DNA from: Octopus vulgaris
Taxonomy: Eukaryota
Length of the DNA: 64,000 nucleotides
Direction: 5' to 3'
Assembly (NCBI GenBank): GCA_951406725.2
Contig: OX597819.1
Location: 133,548,001-133,612,000, forward strand
The notes under the pieces were generated by a model, which was not told where the DNA came from, searched no databases, and saw only the letters and a list, made by a program, of their open reading frames with translations. The position numbers and the translations under genes were made by a program. This document shows, in pieces, positions 24,092 through 36,750 of the stretch (positions are counted from its first letter, which is position 1; each line of letters starts with the position of its first letter).

Positions 24092-25338
24092 TGAATGCGG
24101 TGGTTGGGACGGTAGCTAGTATATAGTTGTTCTTTGTTGATTAGGAGTCTCCTGTTGTGATTTATGGTGTGTGTTCTTGGAGCAGTATTGAGGAGAGCAT
24201 CCCGATATCCCATATTCGGGTGTGGTGTTCTAGGAGGCCTTCGTTGGTAATCATTGCAAGTGGTGTGGGTTTGTTGTGCATGGTTGTTTAACCGGTTAAT
24301 GGGACGAATATTTCGTTGGTAACTCCTTTGGGTGGGGATGAGGTTGCAGTGTCTATGCTGTGGGTGTTGATTTATCCTTTCTCTGCTTGAAGTGGGGGTA
24401 TTCCTGATATTGTATCGCTGGCTGCTTACAGAGTTAGGGTTAGGTCCTGTATTCTTTTTTTGATAGTAGTGAAGGTTCCGATTTTTAGACAGGTGTGTAT
24501 CGGTGTTTGGGTGTTGTTTTGGTTTTCTTATTTTCTGGAAAGGGTTGTTGGAGGCGTGCTCTGTTAGAAAGACGGCTTCATAGTCTGAGAACCAAGTGGC
24601 GCTTTTCTCCCAGCGTTGGAGAGATTTTAGTTCTTCTTTTTCACAGTCCTCTTTCCATAGTTTGGAGAACTTCTCTTGATCTGGGCCTGGGGTCATTTTG
24701 CGAATTTCTTCGTTGATATCTTCATCGGTGGATTTTATTTTATCCTCATTCGTTTGGGCCCTCAATTTCAGAAGTTCTATTTCCATTTTCATTTTTTCCA
24801 GTGCCATTCTCTCCCTGAGGTGTCTTTGTGTTTCAGGTTCTTCTGTAATAGCTTTGAACTGGAATTTACGTGGGAGGATTAACGGGGTCCGGTTGAGCCA
24901 TTTTTCGTATATATCCGCTTTGTTGTTGTTTTGGATCATCTTCCAAAAGGCGAACTTTCTATCTCTGAGTGATTTGTTCCATTGTGGTATTATGTGGTGT
25001 TTCATTTGGTATGTTGTTAGAGTATTGATCCCATATATTGACGCGTTTGGAGGTCCTTGGTTAGCGTTGTTAGAGAAAAATGTTCTAATTGTTTCGCATA
25101 AGTTTCCAAGGTTTTCGACAATTTCGGAGGTTGTATTTTTCGTATCTGTTTCTTCATTGTTCTCTCGATTGGGTTGAAGTGTCGAGTCGAATTTGTTCAA
25201 AAAAGTTGACAAATTTGTGTTGATTTTCTTGAGTTCATTCAGTATTTCTTCGTTTATGGAGGTGATTGTGTCTGTTTTTGTCGGCATTTTCTGTATCTCG
25301 TGTGGGTTAATGATATGTATAAGGGTGAAAAGGAACAC
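24052..25338 (-). CDS. Penelope upstream ORF, 428 aa, charged and helical-looking (first ATG at 25287)
   Basis: Long open frame between the upstream pLTR and RT; E/K/L-rich segments; no catalytic motif recognised. Confidence 0.7.
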   Translation of the reverse strand: MFLFTLIHIINPHEIQKMPTKTDTITSINEEILNELKKINTNLSTFLNKFDSTLQPNRENNEETDTKNTTSEIVENLGNLCETIRTFFSNNANQGPPNASIYGINTLTTYQMKHHIIPQWNKSLRDRKFAFWKMIQNNNKADIYEKWLNRTPLILPRKFQFKAITEEPETQRHLRERMALEKMKMEIELLKLRAQTNEDKIKSTDEDINEEIRKMTPGPDQEKFSKLWKEDCEKEELKSLQRWEKSATWFSDYEAVFLTEHASNNPFQKIRKPKQHPNTDTHLSKNRNLHYYQKKNTGPNPNSVSSQRYNIRNTPTSSRERINQHPQHRHCNLIPTQRSYQRNIRPINRLNNHAQQTHTTCNDYQRRPPRTPHPNMGYRDALLNTAPRTHTINHNRRLLINKEQLYTSYRPNHRIHFLDPIRKHRDTR

Positions 25339-25407
25339 ACGAGTTGATATATATGAAAAAACAAGTCAAAAATAGAAAATGCTAAAATAATTTTATAGTG
25401 AACATTT

Positions 25408-25445
25408 CAGTACCGGTTTCGGTCATTTTGAGACCTTTTCAACTG
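25408..25445 (-). ncRNA. Variant minimal hammerhead, pLTR copy 2
   Basis: Identical to copy 1. Confidence 0.6.
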
Positions 25446-27110
25446 TAACGATTAAATAATTAAATTTAGAAAAATTAGAAGAAAAGTTTTTTTAAAGGAA
25501 TATTTCTATAGTAGTGTTCAGATATAAGTGGCATTCTGCCTTTCTCTGACTCCCTTGTTTGCACTTGTGTGTTCGAGGTCGTTGTGAGTTCTTGGTAGGG
25601 TAGTAGAGGAAGAGGGCTGGTGAGGAAAGGGGGTGGGAGAATCTGGGAGTGCCCTGATGGTCGTATTTTGAATGGTCAGTGGCGGCTGGCAGTCTCAGTT
25701 CAATTCAGGAGAATATTTATATTGACAGGCTTGTTTATAGAATTAGCGTAGGTGTTATACTAAAAAACATTAGTGACAAAGTTAAGGGGTAGGGGGTGGA
25801 GAAGTAGAAGAAGAAGAAGAAGAAGAAGAAGGAGAAGGAGAAGGAGAAGATGACGATGATGGTGATGGTGGTGATGATTATGACGACGATGATGATGATA
25901 ATGATGATGATGAAGAAGAAGAAGAAGAAGAAGAAGAAGAAGAAGAAGAAGAAGAAGAAGAAGGAGGAGGAGAAGGAGAAGATGGTGGTGATGATGGTGG
26001 TGATGATGATGACGACGATGATGATGATAATGATGATGATGAAGAAGAAGAGGAAGAAGAAGAAGAAGAAAAAAACAGAGAAGGGAGAATATGAATGGGT
26101 GTAAAGAGTAGTCAAGAGCAGTACATAGGCCAAACAAAAAATGGTTTGCGTAAACGAATGGCCCTGCACAGATCCCAGATAAAAATTCCCCAAAACAGAA
26201 AAATAGCTTTTAGCCAACACATAGATACTTGCGCCAACAAAAAAACACCAAACTTCAGAATTTTCCCCCTCTACCAATTTAGGGACGATACAACCTCGAG
26301 ACAACGAATAAGTAAAGAAAATCTCTTTATTACAAAATACAAGCCACTTCTTAACGGGTCTACGACAAACAATTAATATACCTCAACTTTAGAATAAAAG
26401 AAAAATATATATACACACACAAATATTACACTCCATAGAATCCATTACTAATCAGCCCCTTCATAGCTATATTTACACCCATTCATATTCTCCCTTCTCT
26501 GTTTTTTTCTTCTTCTTCTTCTTCCTCTTCTTCTTCATCATCATCATTATCATCATCATCGTCGTCATCATCATCACCACCATCATCACCACCATCTTCT
26601 CCTTCTCCTCCTTCTTCTTCTTCTTCTTCTTCATCATCATCATTATCATCATCATCGTCGTCATAATCATCACCACCATCACCATCATCGTCATCTTCTC
26701 CTTCTCCTTCTCCTTCTCCTTCTTCTTCTTCTTCTTCTTCTTCTTCTTCTACTTCTCCACCCCCTACCCCTTAACTTTGTCACTAATGTTTTTTAGTATA
26801 ACACCTACGCTAATTCTATAAACAAGCCTGTCAATATAAATATTCTCCTGAATTGAACTGAGACTGCCAGCCGCCACTGACCATTCAAAATACGACCATC
26901 AGGGCACTCCCAGATTCTCCCACCCCCTTTCCTCACCAGCCCTCTTCCTCTACTACCCTACCAAGAACTCACAACGACCTCGAACACACAAGTGCAAACA
27001 AGGGAGTCAGAGAAAGGCAGAATGCCACTTATATCTGAACACTACTATAGAAATATTCCTTTAAAAAAACTTTTCTTCTAATTTTTCTAAATTTAATTAT
27101 TTAATCGTTA

Positions 27111-27148
27111 CAGTTGAAAAGGTCTCAAAATGACCGAAACCGGTACTG
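27111..27148 (+). ncRNA. Variant minimal hammerhead, inverted pLTR copy
   Basis: CAGTTGAAAAGGTCTCAAAATGACCGAAACCGGTACTG. Confidence 0.6.
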
Positions 27149-27235
27149 AAATGTTCACTATAAAATTATTTTAGCATTTTCTATTTTTGACTTGTTTTTT
27201 CATATATATCAACTCGTGTGTTCCTTTTCACCCTT

Positions 27236-27284
<49 letters not shown>

Positions 27285-27326
27285 CATACTTACATACATA
27301 CATATATGTATATATATACATACATA

Positions 27327-28383
27327 CAAATCAGAAACGTCCTGATCAAGGAGATGTTATTTGCTGATGATGCCGCTCTGGTAACACACACAGAAGAAGC
27401 CCTCCAAAGGCTCATTAACTGTTTTGAGCAAGCATGTAACGACTTTGGCTTAGCTATCAGCCTTAAGAAGACCAACATCATGGGCCAGGCTACATCGGAC
27501 ATCCCAAACATACTAATTGGAGACCACAGATTACAAGAGGTGGAGAAGTTTACCTATCTGGGCTCTACCGTCACCTACAACCTATCCCTTGACGCTGAGC
27601 TCAATATACGCATTGGCAAGGCAGCTGCTGCGATGGCCCAACTCTCCAAACGGGCTTGGGACAACAATAAGCTGACCAAGACCACAAAAATGAAGATCTA
27701 CCAGGCATGTGTACTCAGCACTCTACTGTATGGAAGCGAGACCTGGACGCTATACACACGCCAAGAGCGTCGCCTAAACATCTTTCACCTGCGCTGCCTC
27801 CGAAAAATCCTCCACATCAAATGGCAGAATCATATCCCCAACAAAGATGTCCTCAGGCAAGCAGGAATACCAAGCATGTTTGCACTCCTCACACAAAGAC
27901 GTATGAGATGGCTTGGGCATGTTAGCCGTATGAAAGATGGCAGAATCCCCAAGGACATACTCTACGGAGAGCTTGCTAGGGGTACTAGGTCTGTGGGTAG
28001 ACCGATCTTACGTTACAAGGATGTCTGCAAAAGGGATATGAAGGCCTGCAACATCAACATTTGCGGTTGGGAGGCAGTCGCCGGCAACCGTGGAGAATGG
28101 CGACGTACAGTAAAAGAGGGTATACAGAGGAGTGACAGAAAGAGAGAGGAGAAATGGAAAGAAAGGAAGAGACATAAACAAGAGACCATGGCACTACAAC
28201 CAGCCAGGAACAGTCTTCGCTACATTTGCAGTACCTGCCAGAGGGAGTGTTTGTCCAGGATAGGACTACACAGCCACAGCAAGAAATGTAACAGGAAATA
28301 AAATATAACAGCCGGACTAGACCTAGAAAAAAAAAAAAAAAAAATGCGCATCTCCATTGTCTCCCGAGACAGAAAGGATGCCA

Positions 28384-28385
<2 letters not shown>
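27327..28385 (+). mobile_element. 5'-truncated RTE LINE with intact RT C-terminal frame
   Basis: LFADDAAL, FTYLGS, LLYGSETW, RMRWLGHV, C-terminal CSTC..ECLSRIGLHSH finger; 3' hairpin TGTCTCCCGAGACA; flanked by (TA)n. Confidence 0.92.
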
Positions 28386-28437
<52 letters not shown>

Positions 28438-31259
28438 CACATACATACATATATATATATATTTATTTATGTGCCTGTACTGTTTATGTATATATATATG
28501 TAGATAGATACATACATACATACATATAATAGAAATAGATATGTGTATGTGTGTGTATATATGCATGTGTGTGTGTGTGTGTTGTGCGTGGATGCGTGGA
28601 TTCCAAAATAGCCTCCCTCTATCTATAGACCCCTTCCTCACTTTGTGTTTATGACTGTCGTAACAATCTTATGACCCATTTGTTTCTCTCTATTGGTATT
28701 CTGCGATGGTGAATGAAAAAATATTTTACTAAACTTCTACCATGTCATATTTGGTGTGTATTTGCTGACCGAGAAAGAAGCAGTCATTAGTTAGGTAATA
28801 TATATATACTCTTAGTGGGTACAATGCTGTGTATTGAAGCAGGAGGCTTAAGAACAGCATTATTAGGGTAGAAATAGTATTACTAATCTAACATTAACAC
28901 AAACGAACAGCGCTAAGTCGCTTCGGGTAAATTTTAAATTAAAATCTAAAATCGACGAACATCTTCTGCTCTGAATTGGTTCGATCGATTGATTTTAGTT
29001 CGTCATTTGAATGTTAATTTATGCAGAAAGGAATTATATTTTATTAATTTGATCAAATTTGTCGCTTGATATTGTTTTGTCGTTTTTGTTCTCTGCTAAA
29101 TTTAATAAGAAAACATGAATGTTATACACTTTTGCTACAAATTCTAGAAGATACTTTGTTTGTTTGCTTGTTTATTTGTTAGATTGTTTTCTTGTTTGTT
29201 TGTCTGGATGAATAACACATGTAAAAACTGTTAAGGATTGAGGAATTTCCGGAATGTCTTATTCTGAATAAAGCTTGGTTATTTCTCACAGATAAAAAGT
29301 AAACCATCCGCATTCATTCATGTATGAATGTAAAAATATGATCTGTTGAAAGCATATAGATTTAAGACAATAGAATTTATAATTTAATCCTATAAAAAAA
29401 TTCTCCCAAAATGCATTCATCACAACACTTACCTTCCAAATAAAAAAAATGATCTGACATTGAATTACGCTTAACCTTACTTTTAGTTACAACTTGAACC
29501 TCGGGAGAAAGCTCTAAACGTCGAACATTCACAATCAGCTTCTATAATTTGTTGTTTCGTTGCCTTCATAAGAATGTGATAAAACAATTATATTGATGAC
29601 ATTATTTCTGTTTATATTTTATATTTTGTGAATACATACATGAAATATGGTTGCCTTTAAAAAGGTTTTACAAAGTGAAATCGTGGCACTTCCTTCCTTA
29701 TGTCAACTATTAATCAATAAAAGACGCTAATAAAAAATGTCTATTAACAATCCTTTGAGGATTTCAAATGCATTTGACTAAGTGTTATTAGGAATAGAGG
29801 TGTCAAAAATATAATGCATAGCTATGAGATTTATGCAAACTCTTCTTTGACTTTTCTGAAACGTGATACAAAACTGTTAGAATGAGTCATCTTGAATTTG
29901 ATAGCTATAGAAATGATAAACGTCTTGTCATACAAAACTCTAGGTTTCAAACGATGAGATATACTTGCAGGAATTAGGAAAAAAATCTCGTGTGTGATAT
30001 TGAATTTGAAGTCAAATGATAATGAAAATAATTTAGCACAAAAAATTACTGGGGTTTTTTTTCTGTTTTTAGAAGAAATTCGTTTGGAAACAAGAATGCG
30101 TTTATTTGAGTTTGGATAAATTCCAGGAAATAACACAGAAAATTATATTTATTCTTACTGAATATTCTAAATGGCAAACATATTACAGAGTTTCAAAATG
30201 TTGTGTACAAGGAATATCGATTTTAGAAGTTCATAGAATCTTCATTTATAAAGGGTCAGCAGAAAGTTCGAAGAAAAATCAATCATTTATAGTATGGAAT
30301 TCGATAAGTGTGGTTTGAAAGAAAATCTATGATCAGCGTAAAAGTAAATGTAATGAGGAGTGACACGAATCTAAATCTCTCCCACGTTGAACTGTAAATG
30401 TTTGCCGAGCATAAAATGTTTTCATACATATTACAGTTGACATAGTGACGGCATCTGGAGAATAAAGATATAATTTCACATATTCACTTAAAGATCAAAG
30501 AACACAGTAAGTATAAACCGAGCAGTTTTCCTCCAAACCATTTTTATCTGGGAAACCTTTATTTATTTGGCAAAGAAAATGAATGACAAATTATTAAGAT
30601 AGCAGAAAGGTATTAGGAAAGAGGTTTATTCGTGCATATGTATGGCAAGAATGGCAGTAGCATATATTTAGCTCCGTTGAGTAATATAAACAATAATTTG
30701 GGAATAGAAGTGACATGTTATCTAAAACAGAAATGAAAATATCTCCAATATAATGGATAAGACACAGCAAGGCTGGAATTTGCCTCGTTCACTACATAAG
30801 CTATTCTAATGCCAATTCATAAACGTTCAAAGCGGCTGGAATTATTCAGATAGTCAAGAAGTCTAACACACACACATATAGAAGTATGTATATAATACGT
30901 ATGCGTATGTGATGGTGTTTGGAACTGTTATGATAACTTATGCACTCACGAACACACATACACGCACATACACACATATATGCACGCACATACATACACA
31001 CATGCTGAATATTGCAATACTTTGAAACAATACAACGCATACTATAATAATCTAGTAAAATCTTTCTTTAAAGTGCATTTAACCTCGAAATATAATTAAC
31101 TAATTATTCAGTCATTGAATTGCGTTTTAAAACTATTTTCAATTTCAGCATTAACCTCGAGAGGGGGCCTCACAAGTCATATGATCACATATTTATTACG
31201 TATGTGTTTGCACATGCCCACATACATATAAATGTAAATGCACATATACATACATGCAC

Positions 31260-31311
<52 letters not shown>

Positions 31312-31329
31312 GTATGTCATTACCTATTT

Positions 31330-31506
31330 CGTCTGTCGTTATGTTCTGAATTCAAATTCCGCCGAGGTCGAGTTTGCCTTTCATCCTTTCGGGGTCGATA
31401 AACAAAGTACCAGTTTCGCACTGGGGTCGAGGTATTCGACTTAATCCCTTTGTCTGTCCTTGTTTGTCCCTTCTATGTTTAGCCCCTTGTGGGTAGTAAA
31501 GAAATA
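31330..31506 (+). mobile_element. tRNA-derived SINE, partial (family of 52506-52740)
   Basis: TTCAAATTCCGCCGAGGTCG...GGGGTCGA...TTTAGCCCCTTGTGGGTAGTAAAGAAATA, the reverse complement of the 52506-52740 copy. Confidence 0.75.
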
Positions 31507-31599
31507 TATATATCTGTATGTATAAATATATGTATATGTATACATACATACACACACACACATATAGGAATACTATCATTAGACAGGAGAACTATTATA

Positions 31600-32200
31600 A
31601 GTTACATCCACCAAACGACTCCCTCACTACAATAAAGAATAACAATTCCTAACGCCGTCGAGGATAATGAATATAACACTAGGTTTGCTCTAGATAATCA
31701 TAACTCCGTAAATCCCGCTTTAGTACCTTCTAGAATCCTATGTAGCGTTAGACACCCCACTTCCGTTAGATAATAGATGCCTCACAAAAAATATTGTACA
31801 CAAATGTACGGTTCTAGCCGAGAATTCCACTTATATATACATCGGCTCGTGCAATACCACTTTCAAGGTCAGATTTTGGTAAACACTATTCTAACTTCAA
31901 ATGCCAGGCAAGAACTAGCAGCATTTTTTTTTTATCTCGCTAATTCATTACCCAAAACAAACCTGAATTTCATATAATCTAAAATGGTTACTAATACCAA
32001 ACCGTATAACGGTTACAAGGACAAACTCGATCTATGCATCGGGGAAATCGTTTCTGTTATGCCATCCACCAATCGTTTGAATGAATGGAACCATGAAGTA
32101 GAGTATAACGGTTTTCAGCTTATCGAACATCGCTATAGGAAAGACTCACAACCTTCTACATCAATAAACTATTATTGTACCAGAAAGTTGTTTTTTTATA
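31600..32200 (+). pseudogene. Decayed Naiad-type GIY-YIG endonuclease fragment
   Basis: PLDNRCLTKNIVHKCTV....YIYIGSCNTTFKVRF and KPY...LDLCIGE parallel CPLEGKCLVKGVVY...YTGASENSFKTRF and CRLCLLEK in the 40566 ORF. Confidence 0.6.
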
Positions 32201-32387
32201 CATTCTACAGACTGCTCGAAGCTTACTCACTTCAGACACCTAGATTGAACGACTACAGATAATTGTTAGACAAGTACCTGGAGAAGAGAAAAGAACAGAT
32301 GGCAGGAGGTGGCGAGTTGAGAGGAAGAGAAGGTTATGAATATAGGAGACCAACCAATGCAAAGGAAGAGAGGCCATTATAGTTGCT

Positions 32388-32428
<41 letters not shown>

Positions 32429-33730
32429 ACCTTCATGCTCTGCGTTCATTATGACAGTGCAGGCTTTGTGGTTTGATATGTGAATAGTGCTTAGTAGGAG
32501 CACGTAGGGAAGAATGAAATGTTGTTTATGGAAATATTATTGGTGGTCATTTAGGGGAAGAGAGAGAGAGTGTGAAAAAAAGAGACTGAGAGAAAGAGAG
32601 GGTAAGAAAGAGAGAGAACCCTAGAGTAATCCAAGGTGTAGAACATCATGGTTAATGGTTGTCAGCATTACCTTAGAGATAGCGAAAGGGAGAGCAATAA
32701 GGCGATGAAGGGTCAAACCGAATGGCCTTCTTGAGAATGAGGCTCACTGCAGCTTGAATCCAAATAGCAGGGAATTTCGTTGCAGGGAGTAGAAAAAGAT
32801 ATATAAAGAGCTTGCTGAGTATAAGAACCAGTTCTGGTACGCAAATTTGACAGAATTCTCAGCAGCACACTTTTCAGTTTGAAGTAACCGAAAAAGTTGC
32901 AGAAATCAGAAATTTCTCATTGGAATATTGAAGAAGCCTATTTTATTCGAGTAACCAATTCTGTTTGCATTCAACAAACAATAATCAAGGAAATGTCTCA
33001 GAGCTGCAGTATTTTCGCAGGGAATATGATATCCAGCACTTAGATAAGGTGTAATGTCATATACTAATAGATACAATTATTCTTTAAACACTCTTTAGGG
33101 AAGAGACCAAATTTCAAGATAGTGGAAACATAGCAACTGTTGCCATCCTGGAAAGTATCGAACATGTCGCAAAACACTAATTGAAAATAAATGATAATAT
33201 GCATTAAGAATATATTCAGCAGATATTTATCTCGGGCAATCCCTAGGAGATAATGGAATCGCTACTGGTAAAGATAACGAAACTAGAATATTAGAAAATG
33301 TCAGTACTTTGCAACATATAATTATGGGTTTTATAAGAATCATAACCTAAAAGAAAAAAAAAACAGCAGTTCACTGTATACGAACCAGATCTTCTGGGAA
33401 AACTGTTTCAAATATACAAGTAGTCTTTGCTCGAAATTTATAATTATGACAACGAATTAATGATTTTTATCAACTCCCACCAATCTTGAGAAATTAGGCT
33501 TCTCAAAACCAGAAAGGAGAAAGCTAATTCGAGGACCACAGATCCAATCCATCACTGGAACTGTAAAAGTCGCAAGTCTTTCCAGTTTATCATTTAAATA
33601 TATATGATCATGTCTAGATATGTGGCTATATGCATGAGAAGACATACATAAAGCAAAACATGCAAATCTGCACATATACATACATACACAGACACATAAT
33701 ACATACATGCATGCATGCATACATACATAA

Positions 33731-33793
<63 letters not shown>

Positions 33794-33934
33794 CATACAT
33801 ACATACGTACGTACGTACGTAGTACCCTGTTGATGATGCTGAAATTCCAATGAATGAGTCTTGGATCTAGGTTAGAAACCAGCTCTTACTCTATTTGAAA
33901 GAAATCATGAAATAAAACTTAACAATGACATACA

Positions 33935-33968
<34 letters not shown>

Positions 33969-34042
33969 CATACATACATGCATGCATACATACATACATA
34001 CATACATACATGCATACATACATACATACATACATACATACA

Positions 34043-34073
<31 letters not shown>

Positions 34074-34532
34074 GCACATGCATACATACATGTAGACTAC
34101 AGATCCAAGCCATCGCTGAAACTAAAAATCTGTAAAACGTTTCTCAAGTCTATCATTTAAGTATAAATGATCATGTCTAGACATACAACGCTATGGATGA
34201 GAATACAAATATAAAACGAAGCATACAATATGCATATATACATATATAGAAAAATACCCTGTTGATATTGTTGAAATTCCAATGAAGGAGACTTGGATAT
34301 CGGTTAGAAACCGATTCTTTCGCTATTTGCAAGAAATCTTGAAATAAACTGAATAACATACATACATACAAACATACATACATACACACATACATACATA
34401 CATACATACATACACACATACATACAAACATACATACATACATAGGGAGAGTTTACGAAAAAAACAAAAGAAGACAGATGGTGTACAAAACAAACAGATG
34501 TATTAGTATAATGCTCAGGAATAGAAAAAGTC

Positions 34533-34577
<45 letters not shown>

Positions 34578-35129
34578 GCACATGCATGTCTATAGTATTT
34601 CTAGCGTTTCCATTCACCGTTGATAAGTATAAGAGTATTATTCTCTCATCCGTCCAATTCATATTGCCACTGATTTGTTTAATCGATCAGTCTTGTTCAA
34701 TTAAAGTATGATTGGAAATTGCATTAGAAATATTTTTGCTTTCAATCGTTTATAAAAAAGTAATTCTTATAGACTATTCCACAATCATTATTGGATGGTT
34801 GTGTTTGCCAAAGCGAAATACCCAACAACTCCCATGCAACCTGTTAAAACGCCAGTTAATATGAATTACTAAACAGATTAGTGAATACACAGAACAACCT
34901 GTGCAAACGTTCAATAAATACACAAATATATGATTAATTTCGAGAAAAATGTCGTGTTGTAGTATATGCGGTTATTCTGCATTCAGATGCTGTTGTATTA
35001 ATAATTTTCAGTAATCTATAAATTATGAGCCATTTGCAAATAAAAATTAGTATGAAAGCCATTCAATCCCCGTATCATACATATACTGTATATAATTTCA
35101 TAGGATATGTATGCATGTATGTATGTATG

Positions 35130-35163
<34 letters not shown>

Positions 35164-35181
35164 TGTATGTATGTATGTATG

Positions 35182-35240
<59 letters not shown>

Positions 35241-35486
35241 TTATACAAATTTATATACAACCTGGAGAAAGAAATTTAAACCAAAACTAAACCCAAGACT
35301 AGTTCTAAAACTAGCCCCGTGAGTACAATTCTTTTTCCTTGATTAAACTCAACGCTCATCCTGATTTGTACTATATACACTGAACTCTCCCACACACACT
35401 CAGATATAGCCACGCATTTCCGAATATATCGACACAAACTTTTCATCAATAACTAACGTACAGTGTATAATACTGTCCCACTGAAT

Positions 35487-36750
35487 ATGGCCGATAAAAA
35501 AACGCCACTGGGTTGAAAATGAAATCACTGCAATGATAAACGCTTGGTACACTCACCACAATGAAGCTAATGTTTACAGTAAAATAGCTGAAAAATTAGC
35601 AAAACAATCCTTTCCCAGATCTGTAAAACAGATAGAAAATAAAACAAAAGAGATTGTCAGAATATTTCCTATTATTCACACACACATGGCAACACTAAAA
35701 GCCATCCTTGTCAATGAATGTAGTGCACCAGATGACCCAACTCCAACAGGTCAGGGATCACTTCAACGACTCGATAGCCAGCAACAAACATCTGACCTCA
35801 TTCCACCCATTCCACAGGACTCACTATCACAGCAGCCTGTTTCTGCTACTACATCACCAGTACCTGACCCGATTCCACTTGCTAGCCCTGCTGTTGAAAG
35901 TCAAGTTTCACCCATTCCACAGGACTCAATACCACAACAGCCTGTCTCTGCTACTACGTCACCAGTACCTGACCCGATTCCACCTGCTAGCCCTGCTGTT
36001 GCAAGTCAAGTTTCACTGCTGCTACAGCAACAACAACACTCTTCTATAGAAAAATCACCCATACACCCATATCAAACACCCTGCCGTTACTATGCTCAAG
36101 GCAACTGTAAATTTGGCCCCAGCGGCAACAACAACAAGGGACGCTGTGCTTTTTTCCATCCCACCCTATGTCGTAGACTTGTTAAGGGCACCTGTCCATA
36201 CGGTATAACGGGAAAAAACTGCCCTCACCTCCACCCCAAATACTGTCCTAAATACAGAATCCATGGTCCTGATCCCAAATATGGATGTACAAAAGGCAAT
36301 AGATGCACCTTCTTTCATCCTAAACTGTGCCAAACTTCTGTGTCACTAAGGATGTGCCTGAACCCAGAATGCAACCACCACCATCTGAAGGGCACAAAAC
36401 GATCACAAAATAGATATAAACAGCAACAGAGGAGATCTTCGACAACAATAAAAGCAACATACAACCACGTTTTCCCTCCTACAATCAAACAACGAAGACA
36501 GAACCATGAAAAAACCATAACACCAAATAACACAAACATGAAATATGTATCCTCCGACCAAGTGGCAAACCAAAGTGGTAACTCTTTTTTACTGACTTAC
36601 CTAGAAAATATGAAGGCCGACCTAAGCCAGGAGATCCAACGAGCTATCAGCAACCACCTATGCAAATCACAAGGACCACACACCCACTACCAACAAGAAA
36701 ATCATACACACACAGCTCCATACAAGAACTACCCACATTGTTACCACTGA
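35487..36750 (+). CDS. ORF1: Myb/SANT-like domain, 105-bp internal duplication, four CCCH zinc fingers (1-bp frameshift in the A-run after ATG 35487)
   Basis: RHWVENEITAMINAW...RSVKQIENK. Fingers: CRYYAQGNC...CAFFH, CRRLVKGTC...CPHLH, CPKY...GC..GNRCTFFH, CQTSVSLRMCLNPECNHHH. Confidence 0.8.

Larger units (their letters stand above)
20940..27240 (-). mobile_element. Penelope-like element (GIY-YIG, Neptune-like) with two direct pLTRs and an inverted distal arm, inserted in (TA)n
   Basis: pLTR copies at 20940-21665 and 25350-26104; inverted copy of the EN 3' end plus pLTR at 26110-27240; ORFs listed separately. Confidence 0.93.

Noticed and set aside
30438-30506. AG...GTAAGT-bounded candidate exon
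   Set aside because: Stops in all three frames and no neighbouring exons.
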